Part shown: positions 1 through 10,533 of the stretch, one piece after another | Position numbering within the stretch: the first letter of the stretch is position 1 | Layout: the number at the start of each line of letters is the position of its first letter | The notes under the pieces: generated by a model | Databases searched by the model: none | The model's input: only the letters and a program-made list of their open reading frames with translations | What the model was told of the DNA's origin: nothing | Program-made: the position numbers and the translations under genes | NCBI GenBank assembly: GCA_010093745.1 | Contig: MU005960.1 | Location: forward strand, 248,636 to 312,635 | Direction of reading: 5' to 3' | Length of the DNA: 64,000 nucleotides | Source of the DNA: Piedraia hortae CBS 480.64 | Lineage: Eukaryota

Positions 1-414
1 GGCCAGAGCCATCTTTGGGGTACAAAAAAGATCAAGACCAAGAGTGCAATAAGGGTGAGGTTCGCAAGCGCCTCGTAAGCTTCCACTAGCTGTGCATTTC
101 CCCCGTGAGTGAATAACCAGAAAAGTAGCAAGGACGCAGTCAACGGGGCAGTGAGCACAGTTGCAAACCGAAACACTGCTACATGCTCTGCCGAGCTGGA
201 GTGATACCGTATTGTCTGTAGTGCGTTCTGTGGAGGTTAGTCCGGCGACTACAGCCTTTGGTGGATTACGCACAATTTGCACTCTGTTCAGTCCGTATAG
301 ATTTAAACCCCAAAGCCATATTCCAAACACCCAAATTGCTGCTAAACGGTACGGTAGCGGCAATACCAGTCCAAAAGCATCAACTTCCTCCACGCGACCG
401 TCGATATCTGCCAT
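1..414 (-). CDS. ERD1: EXS-family ER protein-retention protein (5' part; runs off window)
   Basis: Not in ORF track. ATG at 414 and intron 273-228 (GTGCGT..CTAAC..CAG) give MADIDGRVEEVDAFGLVLPLPYRLAAIWVFGIWLWGLNLYGLNRVQI-NALQTIRY...LLLFWLFTHG. The PLPYR...WGLNL start is typical of fungal Erd1. Confidence 0.8.
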   Translation of the reverse strand, partial: MADIDGRVEEVDAFGLVLPLPYRLAAIWVFGIWLWGLNLYGLNRVQIVRNPPKAVVAGLTSTERTTDNTVSLQLGRACSSVSVCNCAHCPVDCVLATFLVIHSRGKCTASGSLRGACEPHPYCTLGLDLFCTPKMALA

Positions 415-668
415 CCCTACATGGTTTTTCCCCAATAATTTCCGAAAAAGTGAGAGGCTAACGTCCGATTAAGGGTCGGTCCGGCCCGCTGTCAGCGCTA
501 CGTGACATCATGCTGAGTAATCATGCGCCATCTAATGAACATCTGGTCGCGGGAAGCTGTTGTTGGGGTTGTTCCAGACGGCTACCAGCAATCAATCCCT
601 TTTTCTTTGGCTGTAATGATAAACCAAACAAAGAAGTTCTCTACTCTACCCCGATTCCGTTACCCATC

Positions 669-3600
669 ATGACTTCCAGTGAAGAACGTGAGATGCAACT
701 CTTGCAGAAGTTGGAGTTCAATATAGCATCTGCAAGATCTGACGAGAAATTTCAATCTATTCTCGACACCTATCTGGCGCCATTACTTCTCAAAGCTGCC
801 TCAGAAAGCCCCAATGTGCGGAAGAAAGTAGTGACTATGTGTCAGCACATCAGTACTCGCATCAAGCCCCAAACCATCCAACTCCCAGTAGCAAAGCTCA
901 TGACCCAGTTCAACGAGAAAGAAAACTCTATGATCCGGAATCTTGACCTCATGTACATTCAACAGGGCGTTGGCAGGTTATCTGACCAGAAAAAGGCAGA
1001 GCTCATGCCGGTGGTTATATCAAGCATCACCAAAGCTGGCAGTCATGCATCGCAGGTATTTAACCTGATGCTTAGACTGCTGGAGTCTTACAAAGTGCCC
1101 CCAAGGGCAAGCAAAGAGGACGCCGAACTGCGAGCGGCTTGTGGACTCTCTGATGAGGATGCCAAACATCTGGCTGATTTGTTGGGCAAGTTTATACTAT
1201 TCACTCCTCAGAAAGCACCAGGCTTACAATGCTGTCCCGGACTCACGACAGAGGAATATTCTTTCATGATGTTAGAGGGAAAAGAGGGTGTTTGGGATCC
1301 TGCAACTGGTGGACTGAATCTACTTCGAACCAAAGTTCTCGCCGCGAAGATTTTGGCAAGTGGGCTGTTCAACGATAAAGAGAGGTTTCTTCCTGCGCTG
1401 TTTGCAAAAGCTGATGCTGCTTCACAAATAAGTGATGTTGGGGAAGATATGTTGAAAAGAGCTCTCCCGGCTGCTGACCTGGAAGATGAGGCTCTCATTG
1501 AGCAGCTGTTTGAAATCTATCTGGGCCGTGATGGCGTACCTAAAATACGCACTGCTCTACAGATCAAGATCCTGGAGCTGCTGGCCAAATCAACAAAGGG
1601 CACGTCGTTCACAGAAAACGTCACGAAGCTGATAGATAGCCGCATCTCCATTCAACCCAGCAACCCAGAGAGAGTAGGGCCGCGGTTAATATACCATGAT
1701 AGAGAAGGCTCAAAACTCCAAACGGTCTTTTTCCAGTATCTCCAGTTTGTTGCCCGCGTCGCACCCGCAGATACTCTTCATACCATCTCGCCGCGACTCA
1801 TCCAAAATCTGCACAAGTCCATTTTGGCCCAGGGGTGGCCGAAACCGCATCCGGGCGAGGACTTGGCTCACCGAGGATATTGCTATGAACTTATTGGGCT
1901 CATAATTGGCGCTGCTCCCCGTGAGGTCCTGATAGGAGGGAATTTTGGCGTATTAAAATGGCTGCTTCATTCGCTTGCCCGCGAGGAATCCAGTAGCGCA
2001 GTGACAATCAGTATAGAAGAATCGCTTTCAGCGTTTATGAGCGCACTGTCCAAAATGGAGATGGAGCAAGAGGAACAGAACTTGCTTGAAACAATACTCG
2101 TCAACGAAATGACCGTGTCGGAGGACCTTTCCTCTCATCAGAGACTGAGAAGCACCGAGTACGTGGCCGTGCGGCTGGCTAATCAATGCCTTTCGTTTTC
2201 TTCAGCGAAAGCCCGCTGGGTGGACGTCCTTGGATCCAGAGCCGTAGCTGGTAGGCAAGAGGTGCGGGAGGCAGCTAGACAAGGGCTGGATCCCTACTGG
2301 CATTTGATGCAAAAAGGCTCAACCGATCTCGTCTTTCCTTCTTTCTCGGCCGTCATGGCACAGTTCTACCCTCGTCAAGACCCCGACTATGGCCAAGAGC
2401 CAGTTGAACTTGCACGGCAGGTACGAAGTGAGCACCCGGATTGCTTCCCGCGTATGATATCGTTTGCCCGCCAGATACTGGTAAGCGAAGCTCTGTCCGC
2501 CGCCAATGAGGCATTCAAATTGGATTCCGATTGGCAGAGGCGGATTGACTATGCGTTGCAAGATAATGACAAGGCTCGTATAGCTGTGAAGCAATACCTG
2601 CAGCATCATTCTATCGAAGAAGTTAATGCTCTACCAACTCTGCTCTCTGCAATGTTAATCGGCATAACCGAGGGTTCATTAATACCTGCTGGTGATTACC
2701 TCATCGAGTTCCTACCGCTGGCGTCCGATGCTGACGTGCTGCGGCTGGTGCCCAACTTGGAACAGCTGGTAAAGACGCTACTAACTAATGATCCGGCGAA
2801 GCGACGAGTGGCGGCTCAGGTATATGGCGTGCTGGCTTCTCACCCTGCTAAGTCACATTCTGAAGTCCGAATTGATAACTCCAAGCTGCTCGATAGAGTT
2901 AAGGCCTGGGACGGTGAGGGCAGTGCTAGATCCAGTCAGGTCCATGGAGCAGTCCTGGCACTGGGGTATTTTCTCAGCAGATGTGAATACCGTGACCAAG
3001 GCATGATGGATGAGCCACTGGCGCAGGAGTACCTTGCCACCATATCGGCGATGCTGAGGAGCAGTCAAGATGCTTCGCTGTTGCAGGCTTGTCAGGTTGC
3101 TCTGGGTCAGCTCTCCATATTTGGAGCCCTCACTGTTGTGCTCATCAGCAGGTACATGAATGTACGTGAGATCTTTCAGAAATCGTATAAGATGGCCAAA
3201 GAGGGAAACCATGTTACGATCGTTTGTCTCGGTCAGGTTTCTCTCATGTTGCCTGAGGATGGGGACGACCTAAAATTCGTCGAGGACGAGCTGTACAAGC
3301 TGCATGATGTAAATCAGCCCGAAGCGCACTTTGCAATTGGTGAAGCATTCAGCTACTTGGCTGCCGGCTGGAAATCCACGGCCTTGGCTTCGAATGTGGA
3401 TATTGATGGCCCTAAACCCAAGGGGCTGGAGAGAAAGTCAACTCTAGTCTCTGTTACCGAGCGCATCTTGAAAGACTGTGCTAACCCCAAACCTTCTCTC
3501 AGAAAGGCAGCTGTGATGTGGCTGCTTTGCCTGGTGCAGTTTTGCGGTCAACTGCCTGAGATACAACAGCGCCTTCCGCGGTTCCAGAATGCCTTTAAAC

Positions 3601-6137
3601 GTTGCTTGAGTGACAGAGATAGCCTTGTTCAAGAATCAGCCTCGCGTGGCTTGGGCCTTGTGTATGATCAGGGAGACAGGAAGCTAAAGGACGACCTGGT
3701 CCGGGATCTGATGACTTCTCTTTCGTCGGATCGTCAGTCTCAGCTTGCGGGTAATGTGTCGGAGGAAACGCAGCTTTTCGAACCTGGCGCATTGCCAACC
3801 GAGGATGGATCGGTGTCTACTTACAAAGACATTATGAATCTGGCTTCTGAGGTGGGAGATTCTAGCCTGGTTTACAGGTTCATGAACATGGCATCATCCA
3901 ATGCTATCTGGTCCAGCCGCGCGGCGCTCGGTCGCTTCGGCCTCAACAACGTTCTGACCGATGCCAGCGTTGACAAATACTTGGCTTCTCATCCAAAGTT
4001 GTATCCCAAACTGTTTCGATATAGGTTCGATCCAAGCAGAGGTGTGCGGTCGTCGATGAATTCCATCTGGAATTCGCTAATCAAGGACTCTGCTGCGACT
4101 ATTGATACCCACTTTAACGAAATCATGAGTGACTTACTCGTCAGCATACTGGGAAAGGAGTGGCGCGTTCGACAGGCCAGCTGTGCGGCCATTGCAGATC
4201 TTGTTCAGACTCAATCGTCTGAGAAGTACGAAAATTATCTTGAGCCTATCTGGCAAAAGTGCTTCAAGGTGTTGGATGATATAAAGGACTCTGTACGAAC
4301 GGCGGCAGCATCGCTTGCCCGCACCTTGACCGGAGTCTTGACAAGAACCCTCGAGACAGACCATTCGAACAAGAGAGCAGCGGCAATGCTGGGCCACGTT
4401 GTTCCGTTTCTACTTTCACCCTCAGGTATGGAGTCGACAGCCGAAGACGTGCGAGCTTTTGCGGTGCATGCATTGCTTCAGATTGTAAAGAAAGCTAATG
4501 GCGAGGCACTGCGTCCGGTCATACCGGATATTGTTGAGCGACTGATTGGATCACTCAGCACATTGGAGCCGGAAGCGGTCAATTATCTCCATCTCAATGC
4601 ATCCAAATACAACCTCACCGAGCAGCAAATTGACGACAGACGTTTGTCATATATCCGCACCAGTCCACACATGGAGGCGGTCGAACGTTGTTTAGATCTA
4701 CTGGATGCGGGAACAATGGAGAAGCTACAGCCCAAGCTTGAAAGTGCCATGGTAAGCGCGGTAGGGCTGCCTTCTAAGGTGGCCTCCAGCCGTGTCCTCG
4801 TCACCTTGAGCACACGCAAGATAGCTCTATTCAGCCCTTACGCGGACCGCTTCCTCAAAATCATTGAAAAGCTGGTTATTGACCGAAATGAAACTGTATT
4901 AAGCTCGTATGCCGTTACTGCTGGCTACATAGCGCGTGCAGCTTCCGACTCTCAGATTCTTCGCCTCATCGAATTCTGCAAGCGTCTGTATTTCGAAAGC
5001 GAGGGTGATCGAGAGTCCGCAACACCGAAACGCGCAGTTGCATCAGGCGACATCATCTACTCAACCGCCAAGCATGCCACTGACAGATTCAATGCGGTCG
5101 CGACGTCTGTTTTACCATTCGTGTTCATTGCAAAGCACGATCCTAACGAGCACGTGCAGGAGCAGTTCCAGAAAACGTGGGAAGAAGCTGTTGGCGGTCC
5201 TAGGGCCGTCTCTCTCTACCAGATCGAAATCGTCCGCCTCGCAACAAAGCACCTCGACTCACCGCAGTGGGTGCTAAAACATACATCTGCACTGGCAGTC
5301 GCTGACGCAACCACGACACTCTGCTCACTCGGTAGCGGTAACCTTAACGGTGATCACCTATGGCCTGCCCTAGAAAAATCCCTAAATGGGAAAACATGGC
5401 CAGGAAAAGAGGCCGCTCTCCAAGCATTTGTTCGCTTCGTCGAAACCGCCAAGCCTTGGTATGAACCCAAGAAAGAAATCTGCTCTGCTATCACAAAGGT
5501 ACGTTGTCCCCTACATCTTTTCCTGGCCATCTAACTCAGTTAGATCTCCCTAAGAGAAGCCAGCCGCCAAAACGCAACCTACAGACAACACTCCATCGCG
5601 TCCTTGGCACAGATCTGCCGTGCGCGCAGCGATGAAAACATGTTCCCGCAAGTCTACAACCTTGTGGAACCTATCCTCTTTCTCTCTGAAGATCCAGACG
5701 AGATGGAAATTGACTCGGATGTTCTACAACAGAATACCCAAGCGGCAGCGATTGAAGCGTTGCTGGATTCTGTGCCTCCTTCCTCTGGAGAGGATGCAGA
5801 AAAGGCAGTTTCGCTGCTTGCGAAGATGACAGGTCACCGCTCCCGCAAGATGTGGCTCAAGACTTTTGAGGCGCTGGCACGTCTTATGGAGAGATTGGAG
5901 GATGTGAAGAATTGGGTTGGGAACGAGAGGGTTTTTGAGGTTTTGTGGAATGTTTTGATGACCGCAAGCCCGGGCACGGAGGCATTGAGGCTCAAGTGGC
6001 TTGAGACTGTGAGGATTTGGTTTGAACTTGTGCCGGAGAAGATGAAGGGGAGGATTCGGCAGGGCTTGGGTGGGATGATGAAGGATGAGAAATCGATGAG
6101 TGTTAAGAGGGGGATTGAGCGATTGGTGGGGATGTAA
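669..6137 (+). CDS. ECM29: Proteasome adaptor/scaffold Ecm29 (HEAT repeats), 2 exons
   Basis: ~1800 aa from ATG 669. Intron 5499-5543 (GTACGT..CTAAC..TAG) joins ORF 5604-6137 in frame. Motifs STYKDIMNLASEVGDSSLVYRFM, KLYPKLFRYRFDP, KEWRVRQASCAA. Confidence 0.93.
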
Positions 6138-6214
6138 GGGGGGGTGGGAATGATTTTGTTGTGTCTAATTTTTTGGGTTCGTCAAGTCTTTAAAAAAAAA
6201 GCTGAACATTGAAA

Positions 6215-6580
6215 ACAGACGGTATATGCGAGTGAGAATTATGGATAGAGAGTACAAGTGTGTGTATGAGTGAATACAAGTGTATCTACGAGGGGACATC
6301 AGAGAATATATTCTGGGCTGGAAGGCCCGTGCGTAGCCTCGTATGAAGAGTCATCAATCGTATGACCGTAACCAAGTGGTCATATATGCAGTAAGACCGT
6401 CAGCATGCAGCCTTACTCCATGAATCACCTCAAAGAGCAGCAGAGCGCATTTACCATGTCGCATGCGACATGACCCTAATGGAAACCTCTATGAGGACAA
6501 AACCTAGGGTGCAGCTGCTGGTGTAAGAGGTGTCGCGTAGTGGCATCGTACACTCATAGCAACGAGGCTTCATGCCAACA
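6215..6580 (-). mobile_element. Diverged solo-LTR-like repeat, family 1
   Basis: 6445-6540 aligns with 28968-29060, and 6288-6330 with ~28895-28940. Terminus CAACA at 6580 reads TGTTG on the minus strand. Left boundary approximate. Confidence 0.55.
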
Positions 6581-6874
6581 AACATTGCAAGGCTTCATGT
6601 ATACGAGCTTCAAGCCTCCTTGCTGCAAGGAGCAGCGAAGTCCGTCCTAACTGCATGCAAACTGTGTTTAGTTGTCCCTCTTCGAACAAGTCGACATGCC
6701 CTCTTCATGCCAGCGCAACCTCCTTTCCAAAGTCACGCAGTAACGCACTCACCAACCCCCAAACAATGTACCAATCAATGCACAGTCACACGAGAATAGT
6801 AAAACCGTGAACACTACTCTCCCTCTCCCTATAAATCCTCAACCCTTTCTCCAAAAACCACGAAAACAATAAGA

Positions 6875-6994
6875 ATGGCTAGGAACAAACTCGAGACTCC
6901 TCTGGCTCCTCTGACCAAGCCCCGGCAGCGGCCCCGACCGCCCCGACCCCAGCCACAGCCGCCGCCCCCTCCCCCACCGAATTCTCCGTCATAA
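6875..6994 (+). CDS. Putative 39-aa Pro/Arg-rich micropeptide
   Basis: MARNKLETPLAPLTKPRQRPRPPRPQPQPPPPPPPNSPS*. TATAAA at ~6830 and an A-rich leader with A at -4 (aagaATGG). No homology evidence. Confidence 0.25.
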   Translation: MARNKLETPLAPLTKPRQRPRPPRPQPQPPPPPPPNSPS

Positions 6995-7228
6995 AGGAAT
7001 TGGGGGTGGTTAGTTAATTGCCGATAGGTAGAAAAGGTGTTGAACAAGCGTTTTCATTTCTTTCCTAGTTAGCGGTTTGGTGTGTGATCAGTAAATGAAA
7101 AGTTCCCCATTTTGTGATTAATCATCACCGTAGTTTGGCGTGAGAAGATCATGGCGCCTTCCGCTTGAATTATCTTCCACATCAAGGTATGTTACATTCC
7201 CAATCTGAATCCTCACGCACACTCTTAC

Positions 7229-7414
7229 TGTCGGGTATCGAAATTATAGCACGTGATGGGAATGTGATGTGACCTAATGCGGGGAGCATGTATTGTGATT
7301 GTGAGTAGATATGTACCTGCATACAAATCTCTACGGAAAACTAGTTGACGTGTGAAGTCGAGAGCCGAGCGCCGGTTACTAATAATACGTGTAAAATACC
7401 GCATATTCACAACA
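7229..7414 (-). mobile_element. Solo-LTR-like repeat, family 2
   Basis: 7283-7414 is the reverse complement of 9641-9775 and 29364-29485. Starts TGTTG on the minus strand, with a possible CGACA end at 7229. Confidence 0.55.
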
Positions 7415-7499
7415 GCATGCCCTTAACTCCATTGTACGTAGAGGAGAAAAAGAATAATATACTTGTTGGGCAGCTGAGAGACTAGCAAGGTGAGCCCTG

Positions 7500-7690
7500 T
7501 GTCAGATGAATTAGATTGGTGAAGTTAGAACGCCCGAGGCTTCGCAGGGTTTTCTGCCTCATAGAGGGGTTTTTCTCTTTGACGAGATCACTCCATCACT
7601 AGGTCCCGGCAAATGCAGTCTGGCCAACTGTGGGTCTGTGGAAGAGGTTTCGTTAGCTCTTAGCACGTAGAGACGTACACAGTTACACAC
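7500..7690 (+). mobile_element. Diverged solo-LTR-like repeat, family 3
   Basis: Starts TGTCAGA like 40625. Shares cagggtttt..cctcatagagg..ttttt and gcaaatgcag..gtggaagaggtttcg blocks with 40680-40810. Confidence 0.4.
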
Positions 7691-7992
7691 CTTTGGGCCC
7701 AGATTTCGCGTTTTAGAGACTGTATGGTGCTAATGGTGTTACTTTATCTCCGATAAGGGCCCTCCCGATCCATAAGGGATCGGGAGTATGCACGCCTATC
7801 TCTCTGTGTAGCCTGTGGCATTACACAACATTCCTCCTCAGACGTCATTGCCAGGCTACAGACAACACTACAGCCCACTCTGTTAATCCATACTGTACGT
7901 TCGTACTAAAGCCATCCAACATTTACACAATCCTCTCCCACATTCTTACACACTTACACACAATCTTGCACACTCTTTCACAAACATTCACC

Positions 7993-8690
7993 ATGTCCGA
8001 ACATCAAGCCACCCAGACAGCGGCCACCGATCCTGAACTTCATCCTCACCCCAATCGAAACATGGCATCTCCAATTCCAGGGACTCCACCTTCCAAAGCC
8101 AAAACTGACAAATGCTGGATCTCACACACCTGTCTCCATATTTCCCACATAAAGAATCCCTCAAAATTTCAGAACCCCCGCTCCCGTCAGGGAATCGCCG
8201 CTTGATATGTATTCCCTCGTACCAAATCTCATCAGGGGCTCTTGAATTCGTCGGCCTCACAACCGAAGCTTCGCAAATGGTTTTCGCTCGCCGGGAAGCC
8301 ATCCACGAAGACCAGCGCAGGAAGTTTCAGGATTTGTGAGTGAAGCAGGTGTACACTGGGATCACAAGGTCGATGGTCAATTTATCTCCGAACAAGGAAT
8401 TGACCGAGGCCGGTATGCGGGAGGAGATGAAGAGACTGTTGTTTCCGAGAGATGAAGCTATGGGTCGAACGGAGGGCGTGGTGTGTTGAGTCAGGAATAC
8501 GATGCAACGTAATTGGCATGAGTTGCTTCTTATACTGAAGGAATTGAAAAAAAGGCAAAGGAGATGGAGAAGAAGAAGAAGAAGAAGAAGAAGAAGAAGA
8601 AGAAGAAGAAGAAGAAGAAGAAGAAGGGGGGTAGAGGGCGACGGAAAAAGGCATGGTGTGGTGACTCGATGTAGACTTTGGGCACTTTGA
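7993..8690 (+). pseudogene. Disrupted gene of unknown function ending in a GAA run
   Basis: ORFs 8112-8339 and 8502-8690 share a frame, interrupted by TGA stops (..IPSYQISSGALEFVGLT..FQDL*..LTEAGMREEMK..VVC*VRNTMQRNWHELL). ATG 7993 lies in a different frame. Confidence 0.45.
8569..8625 (+). repeat. (GAA)19 microsatellite
   Basis: Perfect trinucleotide run. Confidence 0.95.
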
Positions 8691-9500
8691 GGCGTGTATA
8701 CTTGAATCCCTTCGTCAACTTGCTAGGGTCGAAGCTTTTTGTTAAAATCCGTTGATGACCGTCTTCATGTCTGAGATGACTCCCTCATGCCGAAGGCATC
8801 GATCCAAACATTTATAATCGTGTTCAATAAGCCTTAAACCAGAGTAATACTCGCACTCTTATGGCATCTTCCTCAATGCATCCACTGTCATTCTGGAACT
8901 ACACACAAAGATCAATTAACCAGTGAACTATTGTGACTCTCTGTTGTGCTGGTCGCCACGGAGCGATCAGCAGGTGATGACCCACATCTCTGACCAGGGC
9001 TCGAGTACTCGGAAATTTTCTTGTGTAGCTCTAGATACGCGTATATACTGACACCCCTGTGAAATGCCGCTGCTTATTACGACACTCTCCCTAAATATCA
9101 CCCCTACTCTCCGCAGAACCCGCAAGTTAATGGCAAGTCATGAGCAGGGCTAAACTGTACCCCGGCTTGCCTAATGATTGTTACGGTGCTCAGAGGAAGA
9201 GGTTCAATAAGACCCAACAACGAGGACAATCCAAACTCCTATATACTGGGAAGCTAGGGTACTATAAATCAATCCAGAAGCGCGGTCCATACGCGCATGT
9301 TAGCGAGCGTAGCTATGAATAACTAGCAGGGCGCATCAGTGTATCAAATTCCCTGTGCACTTAGGCGGCGCGGGTCGCCCCGTGCACACACAGCCTCGCC
9401 GTAACAATGATGTGTCTAAGCTTCGATTTGATTGGGCGAGACCAACAACCGTCCCCACTGAATCCTTCAGTCTAGGGGGTTAGGGGTTTCATGGGAAAAC

Positions 9501-9640
9501 TGTCAGAACTAGTATCGGAGGGGTGAACCTCCGAGGACTAAAGGGCAGCGGATATCGAAGACAAATGTTTTTACTCAACTTTGACTGTAAAAAGTGAATG
9601 TAGATGTCTATGTCTAGATGAGGTGATGTTTGAAACCTTC
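9501..9640 (-). mobile_element. 3' half of solo-LTR-like repeat, family 3
   Basis: Reverse complement of 40801-40924. Ends TCTGACA on the minus strand and stops exactly where the family-2 copy begins (9641). Confidence 0.6.
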
Positions 9641-9780
9641 TGTTGTGAATATGCGGTATATTACGCGCATTATTAGTAATCGGTGCTCGGCTCTCGACTT
9701 GACGCGTTAAACTAGTTTTCCGTAGAGACTTGTATGTACACTGGTACACATCTACTAACAATTATAACATATCCCCACCA
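9641..9780 (+). mobile_element. Solo-LTR-like repeat, family 2
   Basis: Starts TGTTG. Clear match to 29364-29485 and to the reverse complement of 7283-7414. Confidence 0.6.
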
Positions 9781-9949
9781 AAACTGTCACGGCTAATGCC
9801 GACCAGGTTCGTGCGCTCTTAGTAGTTAGGTAGCGCGCCTGGAGCCCATCTCGCGCGACAACATAGTTCCAACGCGTACCCTGACAAACACTGTATGAGA
9901 CGGTAAACCCTCTTATATAGTATGCAGCCAGGTCGCAACTGCGAGCATA

Positions 9950-10140
9950 GATAAAGGTAGATACTCCTCAGGATTTTTACCCCCATAGGAAGTTTTCCCT
10001 GGGACGAGGCACGGTACCGTTCATGCTCTGTGCTTGCTCGGTGACTTGGCCTCGGTGAATGCGGCTAGACCTGGGTTAGCGTGAGGTGAAGTTTTGCACT
10101 TCACCACACCACATCACCTCAACACCTACATACACACACA
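9950..10140 (+). mobile_element. Partial solo-LTR-like repeat, family 3
   Basis: Aligns with 40660-40850 (gataaa..ctcagg..ggaagttttccctgg..cgttcatgct..gaatgcgg.tagac). Confidence 0.55.
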
Positions 10141-10533
10141 TAGCCACACATATATGTGCCTCATACACCATTGCCTGACCCAAACAATCCGACGCACTGG
10201 CCTTCCAGTCTACATAGATTGCTTCAGCATATAGAGATACTTATCCTGTCACTTGGACAGTTTATCATGGAGGGACACAAATTGCGGGTTCTCTTGGACA
10301 ATCCTATAAAGTAGAGTCACTCTCATGACTCCAGTCCTATTATCTGCCCACTTTGGAACGAACGTTGTCATTTCCCTCTATACATAAGAGCAGGAAACCG
10401 TAGACAACCCTTCATTCAGCATACAAAACCTATCGTACCCAGGCATCTGCGCCTCCAAACTCCCACCTATCATACAAGTAGCGAAGAAGACAAAGAAACT
10501 CATCATTAGAATATTGTAAAGCGGAAGCTGCAT

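Noticed and set aside
8382..8718. Poly-Ser, poly-Phe and poly-Arg ORFs
   Set aside because: Alternative readings of the (GAA)19 microsatellite.
9473..9489. Telomere-like TAGGGGGTTAGGGG or telomerase RNA template
   Set aside because: Only about two imperfect units; no TAACCCTAA template or supporting structure.
7283..9775. Inverted family-2 repeats as TIRs of a 2.5-kb DNA transposon carrying the pseudogene
   Set aside because: The sharp TGTTG ends face inward, the outer ends are ragged with no target duplication, no transposase is seen, and a third solo copy exists at 29364.
9785..9885. 101-bp TGTCA...TGACA segment as a fourth LTR family
   Set aside because: Single copy in the window and imperfect flanks (aaaac/aacac); not enough support.
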